Assembly: GCA_008632985.1 (NCBI GenBank)
Contig: QPGO01000005.1
Location: 641,607-705,606 of the forward strand
Length of the DNA stretch: 64,000 bases
From: Psammoneis japonica
Taxonomy: Eukaryota
Reading direction: 5' to 3'
Below, in pieces: positions 1 to 11,715 of the stretch. Every line of letters begins with the position of its first letter. Position 1 is the stretch's first letter. The position numbers were made by a program, and so were the translations under genes. Below the pieces are notes generated by a model that made no database searches, was not told the DNA's origin, and saw only the letters and a program-made list of their open reading frames with translations.

Positions 1-31
1 AGAGTTTTACAACCAGCTCCAACTGGTGCTG

Positions 32-814
32 TCAATCCTTCACCAGTTGGCACTTTAGAAGAATGACAAGGAATCTGCGATGCAGCAAACCCTTTCCAGG
101 TGCATTGCAGCCATGAACACCGGGGGCCCAAAATTTGTCCTCCTTGATTGCGGTCTGAAGTCGGCCCCACCATGCCCCAAAACCCATGGAGCATCCCAGG
201 CGAAAGTGCTTGTCTAAAACATTGAAATGCTTGGCACAGAGATGTTCATGATTGGCCTCAGTGTCCTCAGAACGAAGCCTCTTGACGTGGTCAGGCAGAC
301 AGTGTGTTCCATGCATGTTGGCAAAAACCTTGCCAGGGACCTTCTGGCCAGATCCAAACACCGCCTTGAAGGCAAAAACAGCAGCCAAATTTTCAGCAAA
401 ACTTTTGTGAGCAGCCTTGGGGTTGCTGCGCGCCATGCCTTCCCCAACAGTGGGTGGAACCTTCAGATCCATGGCTTCCTTGTGGCAAGCAATGAGGTGC
501 TGCAACAGCTCCTTTTTGCCCTGAGGCAAGGGAATGATGCCAGGTTCCACAGCAGAAGCACAAGCAGGTGCAGCCTGGCATGCAGCCTTGCGCCTCTTGG
601 GCTTGCTCTGGCCCTTGGCAGCCTTGCTGCTTGCCCTTGCCATGGGCTCCAGCGGTGCTGGCACCAGCGCCGTCACCGCCAACAGCTGTGGAGGCACCAC
701 CAGGAGGAGGAGCTTGAGCAACACGTCTCCCAGCACTGGCAATCTCAGCAGTCCTCTGCATCGATGCCAAAGCAGCAGAACATCGCCCCGGTGGGGGCGG
801 AGATGGGTCTGCAA
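32..814 (-). pseudogene. degenerate protein-coding relic, unknown family
   Basis: 260-codon Tyr-free ORF whose C-terminal half reads like a globular protein. It lies inside the TpA- and CpG-poor DNA and has no recognisable motif. Confidence 0.3.
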
Positions 815-851
815 CCAAAGGAAGAAAGAATCTCAGGTGAGTGAAATCCTT

Positions 852-1025
852 CAGCTGAGAAAAAATTTAACAAAAGGCTCAGCTGAACACTCAGCTGAGC
901 CGATGAGGGATCATTGTGCTCAGCTGAGCAGGTGGGCTGAGCTGGAGAATGGGGCTCAGCTGAGCAAAAACCAACACCAAAAACCACCAGCAGTGTGTCG
1001 TGCACGTGCAGCAGTGCAGCTGAGA
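852..1025. repeat. cluster of CAGCTGAG / GCTCAGCTGAGC palindromic repeats
   Basis: Perfect 12-bp palindrome GCTCAGCTGAGC at 918-929 and 955-966, with partial copies near 852, 877, 889 and 1017. Confidence 0.8.
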
Positions 1026-1514
1026 AGCAAAGACAAAACAACAAACCTCCTGTTTCCAAAGAGGAAGGAAGCCACGGTTCATGGCAACAACTCACCTCCA
1101 CTGTCTTTGAGATTTGCTCATCCAGTTGGGTGGGGCATGTTGACAGCAGTCGTTGTGGGTCGTCCGAGTGCGATGCGATGCGGTGTTTGCGTTTGGTCGG
1201 TTGTGTCTTTGTGTGTGTGTGGAGGAGGAGGAGGAGGAGCGAGCAAGCGATTCAAGTGAGTGAATGGTCAGAACTTTGGGGTTCGCTCTGGTGTTCGCGG
1301 ATGTCAGAATTCAAGTGATGCGCTCGGGCAATGTCACGCGCCGGAGCTCGCGGTCCGCATGTGGAGCGCACGGTTGTTTTTTCCGTGCTGCTGACGTGCA
1401 GTGCCGTGCACCATGGGATTGCATGCAGTGTCAGCCCGGGGTCAGCCGGGGGTCAGCGCGGTCAGCGCGGGGGGGGAGTGCAGTGCTGCATGAGTGCTGC
1501 ATGAATGTGCCAGT

Positions 1515-1750
1515 TTTTTTTCGATTTTTTTCTTCAGTTTCGTTTCTTTGGAGCTGCACACAATGTTTTTTGTTCGTCAACAAAATTACAATGTTTGAAT
1601 GTTTGGTTTTTCCGAAATGTTCACACGTTCATGTGTGTTTGAACAACCAGTTGTTTCGATTTTTTGTGCATTCATGGATGTTTGAATGTTTGGTTTTTTC
1701 GATTTTTTACCGCTCAAATTCCATTTTTCGATTTTTTCCAATTTTTTCAC
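1515..1750 (+). repeat. T-rich direct repeats, possibly subterminal repeats of a DNA transposon
   Basis: atgtttgaatgtttggttttt occurs at 1591 and 1678, and tttcgattttt recurs about four times. Confidence 0.6.
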
Positions 1751-2208
1751 GCGCCACCGCACTCAGGACACATGACACCCGCACGACATCAACAAAAAAC
1801 AAAAAACAAAAGGAGAGATGAACATCACAGGCTCAGTTGAGTCTGTGTGAACATGGAGTGTCAGATCGACATCGCCACACACAATGGCAAAAGGCCGAAA
1901 GCGAGTTGATCAAAACATGGGACACTTTTCTCGTTTCACAGTAAACCGCATGGCATGGAATGATCCCATGAACATGCGACACGTTCCTTTTCAACAACAA
2001 CAAGAACGAGAGCATTGCTGTCCATGAGAGTTGTGAATTCCTGTGGTTGGGAGACCTTTCAGACCATTTTTGAAATTCGCAAGGGTGGTGTCGTCAAGGC
2101 GTTCGATCGGATTGATGATGCAAGTAGAATCAGCACATTGGCTGTCAGAAACATTTTGAACCAGAGCTGCATGGAGTGGAGTTTGATGACTGGATGCAGG
2201 GTGAGGCC

Positions 2209-2235
2209 AGAGAGAGAGAGAGAGAGAGAGAGAGA
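2209..2235 (+). repeat. (AG)n microsatellite
   Basis: About 13 consecutive AG units. Confidence 0.95.
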
Positions 2236-2399
2236 AAACGCAGCGTGTGTCGTCTCATTCTCTTCCCTTGAATTCCACACGGCAAATCTTTTCTTTGTTT
2301 TGAAGAGGCTCAAGGTTTTTGTGTTGGTTGTCGTTTGACGAGTGACGATGAAACGAAACCACAAGTGTGGAAAATGACAACCCGAGCCGGATCATCAGG

Positions 2400-5045
2400 A
2401 CGAGGTGGTGTGTCAAGGTGCGGGACCCAGAATGGCACCAGGCACGTTGATTTTGGCAGTGACAATTGAGTCTGACACTCATGCCTTCCGCTCTGTTTGT
2501 GTTGACCGTGCAAGATGCAACTCCATTCGATGCCAGTGGCGGTTTGTGTCAGGTTGTGATTGGGCCAAACGTGATGACACTTCTTCGACTTTGCTTCAAG
2601 TTGCGACTCCTTGCACATTGGATGCATCCCAAGCCAAGGAGCAACGTCCGCCCATTCTCAAAGCACTGGCACATGTCATTGGACTGCTCTTCTTGGAACA
2701 AAAGCAAGTTGATGACCAGGAGAAACTCGCACCATCCAGTGGTTGGGGAGGACTGGGCAGATCAATGGTCTCTGTCGATTTTCACAATTCTCCTTGTTGT
2801 TTGCTCTCTTGTCATTTCTCCCTGAACTAGACAATGCGCCGTTCTGCTGTGAGGTTGCTGCGAGAGCAAGGCAACATGACCCGATGGACAGCGATCAAGT
2901 TTGGAATGCCAAGACGACGTGCCAGCAGCGGCTTGGTCAAGTCCATTGCCACAATGGTGGGAATCGTGCTGGACGATTGTGCATCCACCCTTGTTCACTC
3001 TGGCGCTCGACATGCTCTTTTCTGTCCTCTGATCTCTGTCAGTCGAGTGATCAAATCCATCAACAGCAAGCCATCATCCAAACCTAAACAGGAATTCGGG
3101 CTGAAGCCTGTGCTGCTGGCACTGGGGCGATCCAGCTGATGTTGGGGCCCTGCTGCTCTCGATCTGAAGCGAATTGCACCTGGTGGGGCCTCTCTCTAGA
3201 GTCCTCTCTAGTGGAGTGGAGCAGAGAGCACAGAGGGCTCTGTGAGTTGGAGCACCGAGAGTTTTCGGAGGACGGCACCAGGAACAAATTGATTGAATGA
3301 AATGGTGTTTGTCTTGTGTCGTGTGTTGTGCACACTGTTGCACAGTTCATTTCTCACACAATCATCAAAAGCAGCTCCCCTTTGTTGATTTCAGCTTTTA
3401 AAAATGACGCTTGAAGGTGTTGCAGATCAAAACGCGAGTGCTTGGACTGTGTCATGCGTGACGTGGATGAGAACTGGATTCCAGCGACTGACACTCCATT
3501 GGAACCACCATTGACCGAGAAGGGTGTTGGACAGGAACGTTTGTTGGGAGAAAAAGTGAGGTGACTCTTGTCCGAGCGCGCTCTTTTTGCTCTTTCAGCT
3601 TTTCACTCCTTGCTCTTTTCTCAATGCAAGAAAGCAGCGCAAGATGCACTCGGGGGTCGAAAACCCAATGCACATCAACAGACAAGATTGGAAGAGGGTC
3701 CACCAGAAAGCATTGATGAGAGTTGGTGCCGTTCATGGTGCCTGCTGAATCTGATGGCACTTGTGGGTTCCGCAACAAGCCAAGGCGCGAAGTCAACGAT
3801 AAGATTGATTGAGCAAGGTCCACAGCAAAGCCAAGATGCCTGTGCGGTCGCCACTGGCAAACTGTGGCAAAGCCAACAATGAGGATGCTGCAATTGACAA
3901 TGAGTGCCCTTCATTGCATCAAATTGGCAAAGCCAATCAGTGGGGAAACTTTGAGTCTCGGTTCAGAACAACGAGAGAGAATGCTCTTTGTGGTCCAGAC
4001 ACTTGCAAAGAATCACCACAGGGGCAATGCCATGCTGCTGGTCTTGCATGGTGGATCAGCGACTCATCTTTGTGAGTTTGTCACCAGCCACAAATGGCCC
4101 CTGCTGGCGAGAGCACTTGTTGCTGTAGTGTTTGCGTGCAGGGTGCAGGTCAAGGGTGGAGACTGGGAACAAATCGTTGTCAATGAGTCGATTTCATCCA
4201 CTTCTGAAAACCATGCAGGCTGGCGACACACACCGCATTGCACGACGCTGTCAGGCGCCATTGGATGCCAAGGCATGTCTCTTGCTTGAGGACAATCTCC
4301 TGAATGATCGCAAAGCAACGGCTGCCAAATTTTCAAGATGCTCAAGGAGAAACAACCCAACGATGCTTTGGCCGAAGGCAAGGATGACGCAGACAAACTC
4401 ATCGCGGTGCAGCCTGACGACTTGGTGCACTGCTTTTGTCAGTTGGAGATGATTCATGTGCCACTGGTTTGCTCAGTTCCGAACTCAATCATGTGCACCA
4501 TCTCAGTGGATTTGCAGACAATGTCTGTGCAGAGGCCTTTGTCGTGGGCCATGATCATGACATTGTGTTGGAGATTCTGGTCGTTTGTCATGCTCCCAAC
4601 CCATGAGCCACCTTGATGATGATGCTTGCCACCATGTGTGACATGCAAGACTGCCAAACACCCGCAGTCTCAAAATGTTTGCCCTCTCACTCAGATCACC
4701 GTCAACGCCTCCATCACAAGGTCTCCTCCACCGAGACGGGGCAAATCTTTGGCGCCATTGTCTGTGAAGACACGGCGACACGAGAGAAGGGCTGCATCAA
4801 TCTCAATGCAATCAACATGAACATGATGGACAGCACTCGTCTCACAACTTGTGCCGACGAGTTTGTTCGACCCATGTGTGTCCAGTTTGAAAGTGGCCAT
4901 TTCAACCTCGATTCCCATCTTGTTGGATTTTTTAAAATGACATTGTGGAGTCGACCAACATGTGTCGCCTCACTCCGCAAGAGACATCGGAAATGGGAGA
5001 CTTCCTTGCCGCCAACTCCTGCACAAGAAGGTGGTGAAACATGAG
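2400..5045 (+). pseudogene. fragmented degenerate gene(s), unknown function
   Basis: Protein-like stretches in shifting frames (e.g. LKEKQPNDALAEGKDDADKLIAVQPDDLVH; TGQIFGAIVCEDTATREKG), interrupted by TGA stops and lacking Tyr. Confidence 0.3.
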
Positions 5046-6530
5046 ACGGTGCTTGTTCTCGATGCACTTGTTGATTGTTTCCTGATTTTGTGTTGGATTT
5101 GTGCAAAAAGACTTTTCATGAGTGGCATCTGTTGACACCGGGAGAAAGAAAGTTTCGCAAAACTGTTGGTGCAGACAAGGTGCCTTGTGAGGTGTTCAGC
5201 ACACTGTTGCAAGCACGACAGCGTTCTCGTGTGGGATCAGTCCTTTGCGCGTGCGCTTTTAGCGCATTGGTGCATGAGTTGTCCTTGCGCGTGCTTTTAG
5301 CACATTGGTGCATGATGTGCATTTGCTGACAGAGTTTCGCAGTCTTGAAGATTCATCTGACTCAAGCATGCTTTTGTTGTTTTTGTGGTGTCATTGCCCC
5401 TCGTTCATGTTTCTGTCGATTTGTGTTTCGGTCAAGAAGAAGGACGATGACAAGGGCAAGTTGGCTGGGAACATGTGGATTCGTTCCAAGAGATGAGGTG
5501 TTGCTCTGAGTTTGGGCGACAGCGAGATCCACACCCGAAGCCAAGCAGTGAAACAAACGATTGGGACAGTGAACACAGAGCATGATCTGAACTAAATGTG
5601 TCACTTCTTTAGCATGAAACTGCGTGAAAATGGCTCTGCTGCCATGCCCATTGATCCCACTCTCTGGGCTTCTCTGCCCTCGATTTGGTTTCCCATGCTG
5701 GCACCACTGGGGTTGATCGCGTCCTTGACACCAACTGGGGACTCGTCGTGTGAGGGAAAAAACATGAGGCTTGGCATTCTGTGGATCAAGCATCTGGCAA
5801 TTGACAGGGTTGGTGATGATGATTGCATGGGGAACCATTTGAACTAGAACATTCAAAAGCTGCATGAATGACACAGTTCTGCACATTTGTTCTAGACGCC
5901 GTGGAATGGTTTCGTTCATTTGCTGCCACAGGGAGGAGCCGCTGTCCTTTCCAATGTGCAAACAAAGCCAAACCGTGACGCCAATGCTTGCCTTGTTGTT
6001 TCCATTCTTCCACAATTCATTCTCCGCATCCAAAATGAGCAAGGGTTTGGTTCATTGACTGCCGCAGGTCTTGAGCAAATGCAGAGTCGTCGTTTCGCAT
6101 TGAAGAACCAACCATGCCTGGTGCACATTTTGTTTTGGAAAACACAAGTTGCGGGGCGGGACCCACTGTCACTTGAACCTTGGTGCTTCAACAAAGACTG
6201 ACTGCCATGCATCGTTTCAAGTCGGGTGGTCGAACCGGGGCACAAAGGGTGCATTTCTGTGTTGACAAAATGAAGAGAAAAAGCAACGTCAGTGAGCAGG
6301 TCTCGAACGAAAAGAAAAACAGACACGAAATTGACTTACGCTGGGGGTGCATTCAAATGTAACATGGCACAATGAACGCACCCCATGGCATTGTAAATTG
6401 CACGACAAACTCGTGCAATGTCAAAGAGTCTTTGATGTGCACAAAAGCTGCGTTGCACCATGAAATGGAATCGAGAGATGCCCCCATGCATGCTCGATTT
6501 CCAAAGGTGCAAAACAAGCAGTCAATGAGT

Positions 6531-7670
6531 CTAGCGGCGACTCATGATCCCAGCAGATCTACGCACGACACTCCCAGCATTGGATGACAGAAAGATGCTG
6601 CCAGCAGCTTGACAGAGCCCAGGCGAGCATCTCAACGGGACAGTGTGGGCTTGCTTTTCTTTGTTTCTCACAAGTGTGGCATCGGGAACAACATCCTCCT
6701 CTGCTGCTGGATTGTTGTTGGCAGCCACATCCTGGACGTCGAAAGTGTCGTCAGGCTCCTCGGCTGCAACTCCAAGAACGACTCCCTCGTCATCATGTGC
6801 AGCAATCGCAGGATCGTCCATGGTGTCATCTGCAGCAGGTTCCTCAACGTCAGCAATGGGAATGCCCACCTCCGCATCGACTGGAGCATTGTCAACAGCC
6901 ACAGCAGGCTCGTTCAAGGCATCATCAGCATCAGGAACTGCTTGCTCCACCACAACAGGATTGTTGTCCACAGCTTCAGCCGGTTCAATCGCCGCTTGAG
7001 TCCGCACCCATCCATGCCAGTGATCATGTGGTGGGTGCGATTGACACTCATGAATGCATTGGCTCTGTTTCCGTTCAAACTCAAGCAGAGCTGCAGTCAA
7101 CCTCTGACCATCCAACAAAGGCATCACACGAGTGCATCAAGGGGTCTGAAGTGTTCGTCGAGCAGTCACGCTGGTTGGGACTGGAGGGGCGTCACCACGG
7201 CAAACGTCTTGAAGCATCATTTGGTCCGGTCTCCATCTGATCCGACCGCAGCCAAATGGTTTGCGCTTCAAAAGCAGCAGCCATGGGAACACAAACCGCA
7301 AGGGGACACACATGGCATGGCACATGGTCCACACAATCAATGCAACAGCGAGAGCAGCCACAACAGCATCGCACGCTCGATCCCAAAGAAGAGTGGCAAG
7401 GTCATCGATTTCCACAATCCGGCAGTGCAAGAAACAGACCTTGTCACCAATCAACTTCAACGAGGAGTGTGTGAATGTCCCAGTGTGCAAGGCGAGGAGA
7501 ACTTGCCAGATCGCAACGACAAAGGACACGAGAGCGTGAATCGTGCAGAGAATTTTGTCCCACGCTTCCGAAAGGAAACTGCCAACGATTCGGCCATGGT
7601 TCTGCTTGCTGTGAAATGAGCACAGCACGAGATTGACAAATTGAATGAGCAGTGCAATGCATGCAATCAC
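6531..7670 (-). pseudogene. degenerate membrane protein with acidic Ala/Asp/Val-rich tail
   Basis: Hydrophobic ORF 7137-7670 is followed in another frame by acidic low-complexity ORF 6531-7127 (PAEAVDNNPVVVEQAVPDADDA...). Both are Tyr-free. Confidence 0.35.
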
Positions 7671-9323
7671 AATGGGGGTGGCAGTGTCAACAAAGATGGA
7701 TTGGTGTCAGAGTGTTTCAATGCAAGCAAAACTTGAAACTGTGTGGTGAGCTGTGGTGAGCGTGACGGTCGCCCGTTGTTGCGGTTGGCCCATTCGTGTA
7801 TGCACAGAAAATGCACTGGAAGAGCCCGCAGAAAATCCGACACAGTCCCTCACGATTTTCGATTTCGCGTGATGTGGGCACATTTGCACTCGGTTAGTTG
7901 CAGGCTTCTTGGCAGGAACAATCAGAGACCGAGACTGACGATGGATTTATTCACAATGAACATTGTCCATTTTAGAGCCATTTCTCGCTTCCAGCATCCG
8001 CAGCGCATTCCTGGCACACTTTGGCATGTCAAGCAGACCATCCACTTGGGGGCTCAGACTCAAAAGCTTGCACCATCCACTTGCATCCTCAGCATCACAT
8101 GTTCGCAGATCAGAGAAGTGTGCCTGCATTGTTTTTTGCATCACTCACCAATTCAGTCCTTCTCATCTCTTGACCAAGTCCAGTGTGACGCGAACCGTGT
8201 CCAAGCCACCAAATGGTGCTTCACTTTTTTCAAAAGGCTTTGGGATCGGCAGCCAGCTGGGAAGGGGAAAAACCATCGAATGAGCGGTTGCTTCAATTTT
8301 GAACACTTCCGCGCCAACAGCAGTGGATTGCGTCACCATTCCAGCACACGCCTTTTAAGGAAACAAGTGCTGCAACAGCTGTGGGACTGAAGAAAATAAA
8401 AGGCGCTCTGCGTGATCAAAGCAATGATGGCTGATGTCCCCATGCACATTGGGAACCCGTCGTGCGCACGCAAGTCGCAACGGAGGCATCTCAATCACCC
8501 CACGTGTCCAAGGATCAATGATGGGGATGCGCCACCAGAAACAGGATGCATTGCACATGACTTGCCCATCCGCCTGAGCAAACGATCCAGGTCTGGGCAG
8601 GTCTGGGCATCATTGCGTCTTTCGTCAACTCTCTCCTTGGCATTTGCTGGCAAAGTGCGTAGAAACGGGTGATGCAAATGAGACTCGCTGCCAATTTTGC
8701 ACCGATGGCAGTCGGAGAGGAAAACCTGAGCGGGCCACAATCATGCAGAACCTGTGGCTCACCACACTGACACTGTGCTTGCACTCCGTCCCACAAGCTG
8801 TGAGGACAACAGAGTCAGGAACACTGGTCAAGGTGGCCCCTTCTTGTGCCCAGAAACAATCAAGCATTTCGCTCTTTCAGTCAACGAGACTGCCTTTCTT
8901 GGTGCTGTCCTCGAATTTGAAGATCCCCCTCAGGCAGAAGGAAGACCTCTCGTGTGACTCAGCCAGTCGACCCTTGAAATGAAGCTTCAGTGTGCACAAC
9001 GCCAACATTGAATGACCACGACAGAAGTGGAATGTGCAAAGGAAGCATTCACCTGCAATCCGGGATTAATCTTCAAAATGCTCCAAACTCGTTTCCAACT
9101 TGTGGAGATCTTCCATGAAGGAGTGATTCGGCTGGACACAACTCCGGCCTTTCTTGGCCAGCACCAATGCATCATTGCGGCTCAGTGTGAACTTTTGCAT
9201 CAAGTGCGCAAACACAATGGCCCCAGATCACAAAACGCCCTTGCTGCAGTGCACCAACACAGGTTTGCCACTGCAAATGTTCCTCGCATTTTGGTGCAAC
9301 AGTGCTGGGTGCCGCCTCTTCAA

Positions 9324-11409
9324 TCATCCGAACGCGGAAGACTCTGTTTGTTTCAAAAAGGTCAGGTTGTTGAGAAGACATGTCCCCACCCAGAAACAAG
9401 CCGCATCATTGGAAAGAGTTGATGTCTTGATGGTGCTGTTAAACACATTTTCTTCTTCTTGAAGAATTTTGGGTTCCTCCTCCAACGAAGCTGCAAGCTG
9501 CCAAGCATCATTTCCCAACATCAAATTTCCATCAAATGTCATCGTTGAAAGCTGTTCTTGAGTCATCAGTTTGTCCCAGATGACACCAGCTTGTGTCGGC
9601 GGCACTGCCTCAAAATTTCCCTGCCACACCTCACCTTGCATGCCGCCGGCAACTCCTCCTAGAAAAGAGCAGTGACTTCAAATGAGATGCGGCAGCTTGG
9701 TCAAAAGGAGAAATGTGTGCGTCACAGAGAAACATGCTTGCCTTCGGCTTTTGGAAAAATTGAGAATCCGTTCACAGCCACAAAGTCTGTCTTTTTTGCA
9801 GCACCACTGAGAACAGCTTTTGCTGCATCTTGTGGGAGGCATTTGAACATTCCGTCATCTTCTCCTGCTGGCGAGCCGATCTTGGCATCGCGCAGTTTTT
9901 TGCTGTCATGCAACCATGCAAAAGGCTTTTCAGGCTCACCTTCAAATCCACATTTTCCGCCGCATCGTTGTGTTGTGGATGTTTTTTTGTTGTCTTTTAA
10001 CTCCAGATCAATGGTTTGAGTTGAAGGATGGTTTGGCAGCACACCAACAGACATGGCTTCGTCGTCTTGCATGAGAAGCACAGTTGACTTGTGAAACTCT
10101 TGGTTGTCCAACAAGAAGGGTGACCGTGCCAACGAAGAACATCGCAGCAGCGTTCCTGCGCAAATCTTGCTTGTCCCGTTCATTGACTCTGTGGCACGTT
10201 TGATCAACAAATCAACAGAGTCAAGCTGTGTGTCGCCGTCGCCACCAAGCGTTGACGCGACAATTTTTTCAAGCTCGTCTTCTTTTGTCTCTGAGTTTTC
10301 ATCATTGTCAAAGAAAAGCATTTCTCTAGCCCATTCTCGTGGCATGAGATCTTCAAAGTCATTCTCAGACGTGGCCGCCTTTGTCTCCTCCTTACGATCA
10401 ATCACCGTCATGAGTGCATTCCAAGTTTCGATTCCCGCTTCATGTGGATCTCGGCTCTCTTGACCTTGCTTGGCAAGCTGTTGCAGCAGAGTTTTTGAGT
10501 CTGCTGCCACCACACACCAGGACTTTTGTTCCAATTCATCCAAAAGTTGCCCAGCATTCCAACCACTGCATCTGCAGAACACCCAAAAGTCGGTTGAAAC
10601 TGCGTCACCATCATCAACCAGCTTTCGAGCCCCTTCAAAAGATGTCCACTGCCGGTCATTCAAAAAGAAAAATCACACACAACCATTTCAGAAGTGCCAC
10701 AGAGATGAGAAAGAGCAAGAGATTAAACAAACCTTGACTCCATTCAGCACCGTCCTCGAAACCTCTTCGGCTGCATCACTTGTCAAAGAATGCAGGCAAA
10801 CAATCTCTCGGGATTTTCTGATGACAAACCTTTTGTGCCCCCACCAAACCAAACATGCCACTTGTTTTCCTTGTCCACATCATCCAATGGAGAACCATCC
10901 TGGTGGATAAAATCATCATCAGATGGCACCAGATTTGTGGGGCGATTCAGTGTCACGCCCCTCGCAAACATGTTTTCGTCATGCTCCAACACCAAAATTG
11001 CACACCCATGAAAGTGTTGTTGCTGCAATCCATTGCAGAAGTCTTGCTGCGGTTGACTTAGAACAATTGAACCTTCTTTGACAGCATCGCCACTCTCACA
11101 GGCCCACGACGCACCAAGTTTGCTCGAAGAAAGAGTGTTGCCATCCGAGGCATTTTTGCCGAGCTTGCCATTTCCTGTCACCAACTGCGCATGAAATTGC
11201 CTCCAGCCCTTGTCTTCGATGTCGATCAAGTCATCTTCATCATCTTTGTCTGGATCCTCAGAACTCATTTTGAGGATCCGGCCATGTTTTGTTGGGTTCT
11301 GCACATTTCGTGAAGTTCCGCTGCGAGAGCGATGCTTTGGCTGCAGAAAGGATTGAACTTTGGCCAGCGACAATGCGACAAAACAGAGCTGGATAAATGT
11401 GAAGTGCAT
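9324..11409 (-). pseudogene. DUF179/UPF0301 (AlgH-like) two-domain plastid-targeted protein, pseudogenised
   Basis: Signal peptide MHFTFIQLCFVALSLAKVQSF. Degenerate AlgH motifs: FHGCAILVLEH, RGVTLNRPT, VWFGG, FCRCSGWNAGQLLDELEQKSW, and a second domain FHKSTVLL...GVLPNHP. Introns 10649-10732 and 9659-9741 restore the frame. A 2-nt AG duplication at ~10806 causes a frameshift. No Tyr codons. Confidence 0.85.
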
Positions 11410-11580
11410 TCGACGTGAAGACTTTGTCATTGGAGATCTCTTGCCTCTCCAATCTCCATTTGCTTTGCTCTTCATGACGGTGTGTCGTGTCATCGTTGTT
11501 GTCCGCTCCCGCTGAAGTTCTGACGGCTGACGAGCCAGTCCACCGCGCGACTCGCGCGCAGCGAGGAGGAATGAGAGACC

Positions 11581-11590
11581 ATGACGTCAT
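11581..11590. promoter_or_regulatory. CRE-like palindrome ATGACGTCAT in a divergent promoter
   Basis: Perfect palindrome between the divergent DUF179 pseudogene and CDF gene. TGACGTCA also occurs at 15342-15349 and 36205-36212. It matches the bZIP/aureochrome-type core TGACGT. Confidence 0.5.
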
Positions 11591-11715
11591 TTAACGCTAT
11601 TTATGCGTGTATATCTAATATAACAGTGCACGCATCTGACACGCGCCCTCCACGCACGTCTCGAAAGCTCATCCGCATTTATTCGCTCACTTTTTCAACT
11701 TGAACAACGCAAAAA

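Larger units (their letters stand above)
1..11590. other. TpA-depleted hypermutated domain 1 (degenerate genes and repeat relics)
   Basis: TA is very rare throughout and TG/CA is abundant. ORFs in all six frames almost lack Tyr and are Cys/His/Gln-rich. Normal TA density resumes abruptly at ~11592 (ttaacgctatttatgcgtgtatatctaatataa). Confidence 0.9.

Noticed and set aside
7743..8982. Possible degenerate gene on the + strand
   Set aside because: Fragments look partly protein-like, but no family or consistent frame could be supported.
1..11590. Alternative genetic code or foreign (viral/bacterial) insert as the explanation for missing Tyr
   Set aside because: TA loss is frame-independent and includes introns and intergenic DNA. 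The affected gene has host-type introns and a plastid-type presequence.
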